This document shows positions 1 through 7,031 of a DNA stretch of 64,000 nt, piece after piece. The notes beneath the pieces are model-generated. The model was not told the DNA's origin. It made no database searches and saw only the letters and a list, made by a program, of their open reading frames with translations. The translations under genes and the position numbers were made by a program. This DNA is from Candidatus Omnitrophota bacterium (lineage in GTDB: Bacteria; Omnitrophota; Gorgyraeia; Gygaellales; Profunditerraquicolaceae): NCBI GenBank assembly GCA_025453395.1, contig JALOQK010000001.1, forward strand, positions 10,244-74,243. The letters run 5' to 3'. Numbering within the stretch: position 1 is the stretch's first letter; the number at the start of each line of letters is the position of its first letter.

Positions 1-666
1 CTATATATGCAATAAATGTTCGTTAGCTTTAAGCCAACTTACGTGTTTTTTATAATCGGGGATAAGCGCCCTGACCTTACACCAGAAATTCGCTGAATGA
101 TTCCGCTCTTTTATATGCGCAAGCTCATGCGCCAGCACGCAATCAATTACCTCTAACGGCGCCATGGCCAATCTCCAGCTAAAATTCAAGCTACTCTTAT
201 TCGCGCAAGAACCCCAGCGCTTCTGGGCGCCGGTAATTGCGATAGACATATTATCAACTCCTGCTTGCCTCGCATACCAAGCTATCCGCTCTTCTATTCT
301 TTGCTTGATCTGGCTCTTATACCATTCTTTAAGATTCTCTTTTGCCTTTAAAAGCATGCTTCTTGGAAAATATAAATATTCTCCGATTGATATCTGTTTT
401 TCATCCACGATTTTCAGTCTAAAAGCCTCTCCCAGATACAAAAATTCTTCTCCATCAACAAATTCTTTAGGCCTAGTTTTTGGCCGGGATTGAATATCGC
501 TTATCTTTCTTTTAATCCAGGAACTTTTCTTACTCACAAGCTTTTCAATATAATCAAGCGGCAAGCGCATAGGCGCGCGCACCGTCAAAGCCGCATCCGG
601 GCTTATAACCAGCGCAACTGTCCGACGCTTGGACCTAATAATCTTATGTATTTTAATCTGTTCCAT
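1..666 (-). CDS. YgjP/DUF45-family zinc metallohydrolase (M48-like)
   Basis: 221 aa; HELAHxxExNHSxxFW zinc-binding signature near the C-terminus; TAG stop at bases 1-3, so the gene is complete. Confidence 0.65.
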   Translation of the reverse strand: MEQIKIHKIIRSKRRTVALVISPDAALTVRAPMRLPLDYIEKLVSKKSSWIKRKISDIQSRPKTRPKEFVDGEEFLYLGEAFRLKIVDEKQISIGEYLYFPRSMLLKAKENLKEWYKSQIKQRIEERIAWYARQAGVDNMSIAITGAQKRWGSCANKSSLNFSWRLAMAPLEVIDCVLAHELAHIKERNHSANFWCKVRALIPDYKKHVSWLKANEHLLHI

Positions 667-672
667 ATTAGA

Positions 673-942
673 TTAGCGAAAATTATAGTGTTTGCGCACA
701 GCTTTCTTAATATCCCATACGCAAGAAAGGCCTTTGGGGAAAGTTACAAAATCCCCCTTGCCAAAACTTATCTTCTGTCCGTCTTTTGGCTCTATCACGA
801 CTTCGCCTTCTAAGATATAACACTCTTCTACCGAATCATAATGCCAGTTAAACCGCGAAACTTCTTTGGCCCAGATAGGCCATTCAAAAACCCCCATCTC
901 GTCAAGCTCTTCCTGGCTTAACTTCTGAACTTTGATTTCCAT
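673..942 (-). CDS. cupin-fold protein (cupin_3/DUF861-like)
   Basis: 89 aa single cupin barrel; pattern FEWPIW...ILEGEVVIE...GDFVTFPKG matches small cupin_3 proteins. Confidence 0.55.
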   Translation of the reverse strand: MEIKVQKLSQEELDEMGVFEWPIWAKEVSRFNWHYDSVEECYILEGEVVIEPKDGQKISFGKGDFVTFPKGLSCVWDIKKAVRKHYNFR

Positions 943-955
943 AAAACAGCTCCTT

Positions 956-1156
956 TTATCTGCCGCTTTTGGTTTTTATGAAATTCTCCATTGAACGGTC
1001 ATAGGTGCGCCCAGCTTTTTTATCAAAATAACAAGCCGGCAGTTCATTGTTTGAGCGATGATAGGCAATACATTCACAACACACTCCATGCCTGGGACAC
1101 CCGGGATAAGTGCAGTTACATACCGCATCATTCTTTTTCTTATTTAAGCAGTCCAT
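956..1156 (-). CDS. small cysteine-rich protein, probable metal-binding
   Basis: 66 aa with 9 Cys ([17 protein letters not shown]...ACYF). No other domain recognisable. Confidence 0.45.
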   Translation of the reverse strand: MDCLNKKKNDAVCNCTYPGCPRHGVCCECIAYHRSNNELPACYFDKKAGRTYDRSMENFIKTKSGR

Positions 1157-1194
1157 TTTCTCTTAAGCGCAAGGTGCGCCCATATTCCAACAAC

Positions 1195-2184
1195 CTACCT
1201 TATGATCTTCCATTCTTTTTTCGCTGAAATCATTTTACGGCATAATGTTATATCTTGCTCGGTAAATAAAGAAACCTCTTTTCGCGCAGGAAAATCTTCC
1301 AACATTATTCCCAGCGCCTCGGCTGCCCAATACCTTGCAGGCAAAAGTATTGTATCGTCTGACTCGTACAGCGGCCCCTCATCACTATTTAAGTACTTCG
1401 CCAAAACAGGAATTACCTCTGGTTGGCGTATATATTGCAGGCGGCTAAATAAGACGCTATATCTCATCATCTTGTCTTTCTCCTGCTCTACTAATTGGAT
1501 ACACCGTATTATATCCTCTTTGCTTCCCATGCGCGCCCGTGCCCTGCGCGCAGCCCAGCTAGTTGTTCCGTACCAACTACCGGCATGTTCTTTTTTCTCA
1601 TATTGACGTTCGTCTTCAAGAAGATTTTTCAATAACGACAGTATCGATTTTATATCTGCCACGCCGCAAATAAGTATAATATTATGAAAATCTCTACTGG
1701 AATCTGATTTCGCGTAATATGATAAAAAATCATTCTCCAGCCACTTCTTTGTATCTCTAGAAAAATCTGATGCGGTGAAATCTAAAAGACACTTAGCTAC
1801 ATGCGGTTGCACAAGAGGAGAAGAATCTGCCAGCGATCTGGTAAGAATACCAACGATACGGATGCGATCAGCCTTGAGGGGAGCGTTATTTACCCCTATT
1901 TGCCACAGCATTGCACAAGAAATATACCTGACGTGTTCTGAATCATCATGCATGTATCGTTCAAGGAAAGGCAATAAATTTACACCATAAGTTTCTACTA
2001 ATTGATTGGTCCTTATTGTAACTGCTTCTCTGTTCTTGGTCTGACTCATCAAAGTTGCAAGCGAGCTTTCCATTTCCGATAAAGAAGTTTCTTTTTCTTG
2101 GGAATAGCCAGAAGCCAGAATAACTGTTCCTGTGAAAACGAAACTGAATAGCAAATAAATCATTACTCTGAATTTTATCGACAT
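1195..2184 (-). CDS. secreted HEAT/PBS-lyase-like repeat protein
   Basis: 329 aa; hydrophobic N-terminal signal/anchor; repeated D-x-x-VR/VQ...A-x-x-L helical motifs typical of HEAT_2 repeats. Confidence 0.45.
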   Translation of the reverse strand: MSIKFRVMIYLLFSFVFTGTVILASGYSQEKETSLSEMESSLATLMSQTKNREAVTIRTNQLVETYGVNLLPFLERYMHDDSEHVRYISCAMLWQIGVNNAPLKADRIRIVGILTRSLADSSPLVQPHVAKCLLDFTASDFSRDTKKWLENDFLSYYAKSDSSRDFHNIILICGVADIKSILSLLKNLLEDERQYEKKEHAGSWYGTTSWAARRARARMGSKEDIIRCIQLVEQEKDKMMRYSVLFSRLQYIRQPEVIPVLAKYLNSDEGPLYESDDTILLPARYWAAEALGIMLEDFPARKEVSLFTEQDITLCRKMISAKKEWKIIR

Positions 2185-2363
2185 AAGTATCTAGTCTTAA
2201 AAGAATCACCCATTTTTTGCTCTCACAATAAAGGGGACGATTCTATTTATTCCATTATCAGGAATCATAGAAACGCCCCCTTTTGGTTGTGCTCATCACA
2301 GAAACTATATTATGGCTCGACAGAGCCCTTATTTAAGGTACGCCGCCGCATTCGCTGGGCTTA

Positions 2364-2406
2364 CTCCGGCTCGTCAGAGCCTCGCCGGAGTCCGTTTTTC
2401 TTTTTT
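2364..2406 (+). terminator. plus-strand hairpin plus T-run (ctccggc...gccggag tccgtttttctttttt)
   Basis: 7-bp GC-rich stem followed by a T-tract. No plus-strand ORF lies upstream, which suggests a small plus-strand transcript within the repeat. Confidence 0.35.
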
Positions 2407-2436
2407 AAAGGTACAGCGGCGCATTCGTTAGGATTA

Positions 2437-2479
2437 CTCCGGCTCGTCAGAGCCTCGCCGGAGTCCGTTTTTCTTTTTC
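2437..2479 (+). terminator. second copy of the plus-strand hairpin plus T-run
   Basis: Exact tandem duplicate of the 2364-2406 structure. Confidence 0.35.
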
Positions 2480-2487
2480 TATATGTT

Positions 2488-2517
2488 GCGAGAAATTATC
2501 TCCAGATAATTTCTCGC
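2488..2517. repeat. perfect 14-bp-arm palindrome (gcgagaaattatct cc agataatttctcgc) 16 nt past the tRNA-Ser(GCT) 3' end
   Basis: Perfect inverted repeat. It is nested inside a longer imperfect IR (ccgtttttctt...aagaaaaacgg). A near-identical palindrome lies at 32372-32399 beside tRNA-Ser(CGA). Confidence 0.6.
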
Positions 2518-2533
2518 ATTAAGGAAGAAAAAC

Positions 2534-2621
2534 GGAGAGGCTGGGATTTGAACCCAGGGACCCAGTTTCCCAGGTCAACTCATTAGCAGTGAGTTGCTTT
2601 CGACCACTCAGCCACCTCTCC
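2534..2621 (-). tRNA. tRNA-Ser (anticodon GCT)
   Basis: Manual fold. Acceptor GGAGAGG/CCTCTCC+G; D-arm GTGGCTGAGTGGTCGAAAGC; anticodon stem-loop ACTCA-CTGCTAA-TGAGT gives GCT; long variable arm; T-loop GGTTCAAATCC. Confidence 0.8.
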
Positions 2622-2623
2622 TT

Positions 2624-2744
2624 GAGCACAAAAATCTTTTATCCAGCGAAACTTCGCGAAGCGAAGTAAGAGCACAAAAATCTTTTATCCAGCGAAACTT
2701 CGCGAAGCGAAGTAAGAGCACAAAAATCTTTTATCTATCTCACC
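2624..2744. repeat. 2.6 copies of a 46-bp tandem repeat directly 5' of tRNA-Ser(GCT)
   Basis: Unit gagcacaaaaatcttttatccagcgaaacttcgcgaagcgaagtaa. Copies abut with no spacers. The same unit, with one substitution, is repeated at 32506-32684 upstream of tRNA-Ser(CGA). Confidence 0.7.
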
Positions 2745-2775
2745 TTGGAATAAAGGATTGCCAAGTGCGCATTTG

Positions 2776-3528
2776 CTATGCAGACTTTACCAAAATATCC
2801 AATTCCTGCTGGAATGATTGCTCGCTAATGCGCGCGTCAAAGAACATCGTAGCCTGAGCATTCAACCAGGTATCTTTAATCCTTCCGATATCCCGCTTTT
2901 GATGAATACCAGAATCATCAAAGTTAGCGTCTGAATACAGCAAAATCGAAGTATCCTGATTCTTGGATTTCTTTAGCGCAAGCATAAACTGTCCCGCGTC
3001 CTGCGTTACAAGATTAAGATGGACAATAAGCAGATTATATTTAAATTTATTGACCTCTTCCCAGAAAAGCCTCTCTTCATTAACCGGGCTGATCACGTAA
3101 TTATATTTATGCAAAGCAAGCGATACCCGGTCCACCAAAGAGGTATTGTCTGTCAATACCAGCGCCTTGGTCTGAAGTAAAGACGTAACCCGATTCACCA
3201 ACATCCCCGCATCACAAGGTTTGTCCAGAAAATCATCAACCCCAAAAACCTCAAAAGTATCCTTCATCCTGTTCTTAGCTGTAAGCATGACAACCTTGAT
3301 CCCGCGGGTAGCCAGATCCTGGCGGATTTTCTTAAACAAAGTAAACCCGTCCATTACCGGCATAATATGGTCCAAAATTATCAAATCCGGCTTCTGTCTC
3401 TGGATCTTATTCCAGGCCTCTTGTCCATCTGAAGCAACATCAACAGAAAACCCCTCAGACTCAAAACGAGCCTTTAGCACTTTCTGCACATCAACTTCAT
3501 CATCAACAACCATTATTTTCTTATTCAT
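2776..3528 (-). CDS. response regulator: receiver domain plus C-terminal receiver-like domain lacking the phospho-Asp
   Basis: N-terminal MNKKIMVVDDE...DLIILDHIMP...VVMLTA...DKP receiver. The C-terminal half aligns with the C-terminal domain of the 5896-7026 product (KALVLTD.../...LLIVHLN...) and has no Asp at the phosphorylation site. ATG at 3528 is preferred over the upstream extension. Confidence 0.7.
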   Translation of the reverse strand: MNKKIMVVDDEVDVQKVLKARFESEGFSVDVASDGQEAWNKIQRQKPDLIILDHIMPVMDGFTLFKKIRQDLATRGIKVVMLTAKNRMKDTFEVFGVDDFLDKPCDAGMLVNRVTSLLQTKALVLTDNTSLVDRVSLALHKYNYVISPVNEERLFWEEVNKFKYNLLIVHLNLVTQDAGQFMLALKKSKNQDTSILLYSDANFDDSGIHQKRDIGRIKDTWLNAQATMFFDARISEQSFQQELDILVKSA

Positions 3529-3548
3529 TTGACCTTTCCTTTTAGAAA

Positions 3549-4013
3549 TTATTGATTTTGCGCGCGCTTCTTGCGGAAGAATTCTGTCAAAAGACCAGCG
3601 CAATCTTCTTTTAAGACGCCGCCTTGCGCCTTTATGCGATGATTCAATTTTTTACTTGCGGCGATATTAAACACCGAGCCGCAGGCGCCGGTTTTAGGGT
3701 CGGCCGCGCCAAAAAATACATTTTTTACCCTGGCTAAGACAAGCGCTCCGGCGCACATACTGCAAGGTTCAATTGTAACATATAGCGCTGCGCCATTCAA
3801 CCACTTCTGCTGCAGATAATTTGTTGCGCTTGTTAAAGCGATCATCTCGGCGTGCGCGGTAGGATCTTTGAGGCGCTCAACCTGGTTATGTGCGCGGGAA
3901 ATTATCTTCCCCTCATGCACAATCACGCAGCCAACCGGAACCTCATCCTCTTCAAAGGCTTCTCTGGCCTCTTTCAAGGCCTCAAGCATGTAAAATTCAT
4001 CTAATTTCTTCAT
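3549..4013 (-). CDS. tadA: tRNA-specific adenosine-34 deaminase
   Basis: 154 aa; HAEMIAL...PCSMCAGAL zinc-binding CDA signature. Confidence 0.85.
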   Translation of the reverse strand: MKKLDEFYMLEALKEAREAFEEDEVPVGCVIVHEGKIISRAHNQVERLKDPTAHAEMIALTSATNYLQQKWLNGAALYVTIEPCSMCAGALVLARVKNVFFGAADPKTGACGSVFNIAASKKLNHRIKAQGGVLKEDCAGLLTEFFRKKRAQNQ

Positions 4014-4199
4014 GAAAGCTAAAAATTAAAAGCGTAAAACGAAAAACCACATCGTAAAATTCAAAATTTTTAATTTTAAATTATAGCTTTGCGTTTTTAG
4101 TTTTGCGCTTTTAGCTTTAAAAGCGCGCCCAGCCCTTCGACTCGTCCGCCAAAATGCGGCGTCCTCGCTCAGGACGGGCGTTGACTTGCAACAAATATA

Positions 4200-4273
4200 C
4201 GCGCCCAGCAGGAGTTGAACCTGCAACAACTTGCTCCGTAGGCAAGTGCTCTATCCAATTGAGCTATGGGCGC
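4200..4273 (-). tRNA. tRNA-Arg (anticodon ACG)
   Basis: Manual fold. Acceptor GCGCCCA/TGGGCGC+G; anticodon stem-loop CTTGC-CTACGGA-GCAAG gives ACG; T-loop GGTTCAACTCC. Confidence 0.8.
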
Positions 4274-4318
4274 ATAGTAAATGCGCGCTTGAGCCTGCCG
4301 GCAGGCAGGCAATACCGC
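4274..4318 (-). promoter_or_regulatory. conserved 5' leader/promoter element shared by both tRNA-Arg genes
   Basis: atagtaaatgcgcgcttgagcctgccggcaggcaggcaataccgc recurs at 48549-48590 with 2-3 changes. It contains the 14-bp palindrome gcctgccggcaggc and a gcgcat/atgcgc inverted repeat overlapping the tRNA 5' end. Confidence 0.4.
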
Positions 4319-4463
4319 ATAAGCGCAAGGTGCGCAAAATTTGTATGGTCGCACAAAAGAGTTTTTATTATAACCTATTTTATCGCTTATTCAAGGAGAT
4401 TGTTTTATTGCTACCCGGAATTGTTTCATAATCTTATGCGCTGCATTGGTTTAGCTAAAGCGT

Positions 4464-4712
4464 CTACTCTTTTATTTCCTCCAGTTCCTTGGCGCGCTGG
4501 GCCTGGATGCCTTCAATCTTGCTCTTGGTGTCATTAACAATGGATTTATAACTTGTGGTGCTTATGCCCTGCTCGTTAAGGGCTTTTTGAGTTTGCGTAT
4601 CGGTAATAACCGAGCCCTTCTTAAAATATTTATTCATCAGCTGAAAGTATAAAAACAAAACTATAACCGTAACAATCAATATCTCTATTAAAGCAAAACC
4701 TTTTTTAAGCAT
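4464..4712 (-). CDS. prepilin-type N-terminal cleavage/methylation domain protein (short type IV pilin or pseudopilin)
   Basis: MLKKG|FALIEILIV: Gly(-1), Phe(+1), Glu(+5) and a hydrophobic helix; 82 aa. Confidence 0.7.
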   Translation of the reverse strand: MLKKGFALIEILIVTVIVLFLYFQLMNKYFKKGSVITDTQTQKALNEQGISTTSYKSIVNDTKSKIEGIQAQRAKELEEIKE

Positions 4713-4720
4713 CCTGCCTC

Positions 4721-5896
4721 CTACTTATTATCTGCGATCTGCTTAATGTAATTTATCGGAACGGCAAAATTTACATTTTGCGAGAAAAGAAACGAAGCTA
4801 AAGTCGTAATCCCCACTACTTCCCCGTATTCATTCAAGACCGGCCCGCCGCTAGACCCCGGAGAAACCGGCGCGGTCATCTGCAAAAGTTTCATTTTATC
4901 ATTTGAGCGTATCGCGCTTATCACCCCTGTTGAAACCGACCGCTCAAAACCTGAAGGATTTCCCAAAACCACAATATCCTGACCGTTCACCAGTCGGTCT
5001 GAATCTCCGGCAAAAAGAACCGGTAGATTTTCCGCCTTGATCTTAATCAAAGCTATGTCCAGATCCGGTACCCCCTTGATAAAATACGCCTCTTTATAGG
5101 TCTTATCCCCGATTTTTACTTCGACTTGCGCCGCCGATTCTACCACGTGGAAATTGGTCGCGATCACTCCGTCGCCTGAAACCACAAACCCGCTTCCCAA
5201 ACCAAGCCGCGTTCCGTATTTATTCTTAGTGGTAATCGTGGCCACCGCAGGCATGCATTTCTGAGAGATGTCTGTGGAACTCATCTTTTTTCTTTTTCTG
5301 CGGCTTAAAAAACTTAATTTAAAATTACCTATCTCCTGCATGGAGGCGCGCTTAAGCAAAACCCCCTTCTTGGGTTTATTCACCATGGCAATAATACTTT
5401 CAAACGGATTTCGCGCCTGGTCTTTATTGTCATCTTTATAACACTGCAGGGTGTAGGCGGTAAATAACGAAATAAAAATAATGCTTAAGATTACTTTGGT
5501 TACCTTCTTGAAACGCGCGCCCGCCCAAAGATTGATCATCCCCAATGGCGAGAGAGGCGGAATAAGGGTAAAGAAAACAAACCGCTTGCGAAAATACCAT
5601 TTCAAGTTCTTTTCATTCTTATCGCGCAGGAGGTTTGAAACAATCACCATCACAAACCACGATACGATCAGACTGCCGTGAAAAATAACTATTCCTAAAA
5701 GATTGTTCCTGCCTGCCGCATATCCCAACATGGCATTGCCCCATAAAATAAGCAAAAACCCCAGAATAAGCGGATGGTCCCCCAGGTTAGCGATAAACCA
5801 GTTTTTCGCCTTTTCGGGAGTAGCCCTTTTTATCTTGCGCCGGGAAACCCGAAGATACCTTCTGATTTTATTCTTTTTCTTTTTCTTTTTCATCAT
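4721..5896 (-). CDS. membrane-anchored trypsin-like (S1C/HtrA-type) serine protease with poly-Lys N-terminus
   Basis: The C-terminal domain has GSGFVV...IATNFHVV...GNPSG...GSSGGPV catalytic signatures. The N-terminal half has several TM helices. The start is probably the MMKKKKKK Met pair, overlapping the upstream stop. Confidence 0.7.
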   Translation of the reverse strand: MMKKKKKKNKIRRYLRVSRRKIKRATPEKAKNWFIANLGDHPLILGFLLILWGNAMLGYAAGRNNLLGIVIFHGSLIVSWFVMVIVSNLLRDKNEKNLKWYFRKRFVFFTLIPPLSPLGMINLWAGARFKKVTKVILSIIFISLFTAYTLQCYKDDNKDQARNPFESIIAMVNKPKKGVLLKRASMQEIGNFKLSFLSRRKRKKMSSTDISQKCMPAVATITTKNKYGTRLGLGSGFVVSGDGVIATNFHVVESAAQVEVKIGDKTYKEAYFIKGVPDLDIALIKIKAENLPVLFAGDSDRLVNGQDIVVLGNPSGFERSVSTGVISAIRSNDKMKLLQMTAPVSPGSSGGPVLNEYGEVVGITTLASFLFSQNVNFAVPINYIKQIADNK

Positions 5897-7026
5897 TAGA
5901 GCAGAGTTGGTATCTGTCCGAGGCACTTCTCCACCATCCCCGGGAAATCCTCCTCGGCGACCCTTAAGTCAAAAAAATTATCCGCCTTTGCTTCCAGCCA
6001 CTTGTTAGAGATCTCGCGCAGCACAACAATGTTTCCTGTTTCTGTCCCGGGGGTCTTAGAATTAGAATAAATAATAACCGGGGTATCCTTATTTTTATCT
6101 TTTTTTATAAGCGCTATAAACTGCGCGGGCTCATAATTAACCACAGATGGCACATAAACTACAATGAATTTATATTTAGAAAGCGCTAGATTCTCAAACA
6201 TTTCCTTTTCAGTTTTTACCAAAACCGCTTTACAGCCTCTATCCCAAATATCCTGGCCTATTTTCTTAGCTAATCCGTCGGCATCACAAAGCACAAGCGC
6301 CTTGGGCAAAAGAAGCTCTTTGGCAAGGTCCACAAGCTCTCCCGCGTCAAAGGGTTTAGGCATAAACGCGTCTGCCCCTGCCATTTCAAAAGAATCTTTT
6401 AACGGCCCCCGGGCGGTTAAAACAATTACCGGGATACTTGAGGCGTAGGGGTCGCTTTTAATTATCTTAAAAAATTCATACCCATTCATTACCGGCATCA
6501 TAAAATCAAGTATGATCAGGTCCGGAGATTCAGATTTTACTTTCTCAAGGCCCTCTTGGCCGTTGGTGGCGGTTACCACCGCATAGCGGTTCGCTCTAAA
6601 ACGCACCTCCAGGACTTTTAACAGATCTGCTTCATCATCAATAATAAGCACCTTTTTCCCGCGGATCTCTCCTAAAAACTTACGCGCCTTGCCCGCGACT
6701 ATCCCCGGAAGAAAAGGCTTCCTAAAAGAATCATTGATCTGCCCCTCTTCAAAAAGCTCCATCATGCTGCCGTACTCACTGGCGACAATAATCGGAATAT
6801 CCTTAGTTTCATGGTCTTTTTTAAGTTTGGCCGCGAGCTGATAACCATTAATCTTAGGCAAAATCACGTCCATTATAATCAGATTCGGAACTTGCGTCTT
6901 AGCTTTCATAAACCCGTCTTCACCGTCAAAGGCCACAACCACATCATAACGCTGGGCCTCAAGCTCTTTGCGCATCAACTCCAAGACTTCCACATCATCA
7001 TCAACAATGAGTATCTTCTTTGCCAT
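5896..7026 (-). CDS. tandem-receiver response regulator (REC-REC) with C-terminal pseudo-receiver domain
   Basis: Two canonical receivers (ILIVDDD...LIIMDVILP...K; VLIIDDE...LIILDFMMP...K). The third CheY-like domain has the Asp replaced (KFIVVYVP). Confidence 0.75.
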   Translation of the reverse strand: MAKKILIVDDDVEVLELMRKELEAQRYDVVVAFDGEDGFMKAKTQVPNLIIMDVILPKINGYQLAAKLKKDHETKDIPIIVASEYGSMMELFEEGQINDSFRKPFLPGIVAGKARKFLGEIRGKKVLIIDDEADLLKVLEVRFRANRYAVVTATNGQEGLEKVKSESPDLIILDFMMPVMNGYEFFKIIKSDPYASSIPVIVLTARGPLKDSFEMAGADAFMPKPFDAGELVDLAKELLLPKALVLCDADGLAKKIGQDIWDRGCKAVLVKTEKEMFENLALSKYKFIVVYVPSVVNYEPAQFIALIKKDKNKDTPVIIYSNSKTPGTETGNIVVLREISNKWLEAKADNFFDLRVAEEDFPGMVEKCLGQIPTLL

Positions 7027-7031
7027 AATAC

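Larger units (their letters stand above)
2190..2480. repeat. tRNA-Ser-associated repeat element, copy 1, with internal ~70-bp tandem unit
   Basis: Shares blocks with 29270-29460 (aaggg-cg-ttctatttcc; atcatagaRacgYcccc; tccggYtcgNcagagc; ttaaggtacRgcgScgcattcgYtRgg). The internal unit occurs 2.5 times. Confidence 0.6.

Noticed and set aside
2190-2620. tRNA-Ser loci as integration sites of a prophage or genomic island
   Set aside because: No integrase, recombinase or phage genes, and no duplicated tRNA 3' segment (att-like direct repeat), are found near any of the tRNA-Ser genes. The flanks are short repeats only.
2624-2744. 46-bp tandem arrays (also 32506-32684) as a possible CRISPR array
   Set aside because: The units abut directly with no unique spacers and there are no cas genes. 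They are plain tandem repeats tied to tRNA 5' flanks.
2287-2857. Plus-strand ORFs (99 aa, 87 aa) across the repeat element, tRNA-Ser and 46-bp array
   Set aside because: The reading frames run through tandem repeats and a tRNA gene, so they are not plausibly coding.
4026-4537. ORFs of 61-127 aa overlapping tRNA-Arg(ACG) and its leader
   Set aside because: They overlap a well-folding tRNA and the conserved leader element and have no RBS. They are artefacts of GC-rich tRNA sequence.
5703-6008. 101-aa plus-strand ORF containing poly-Phe (FFFFFFFII)
   Set aside because: It is the antisense translation of the poly-Lys/homopolymer region at the protease start.
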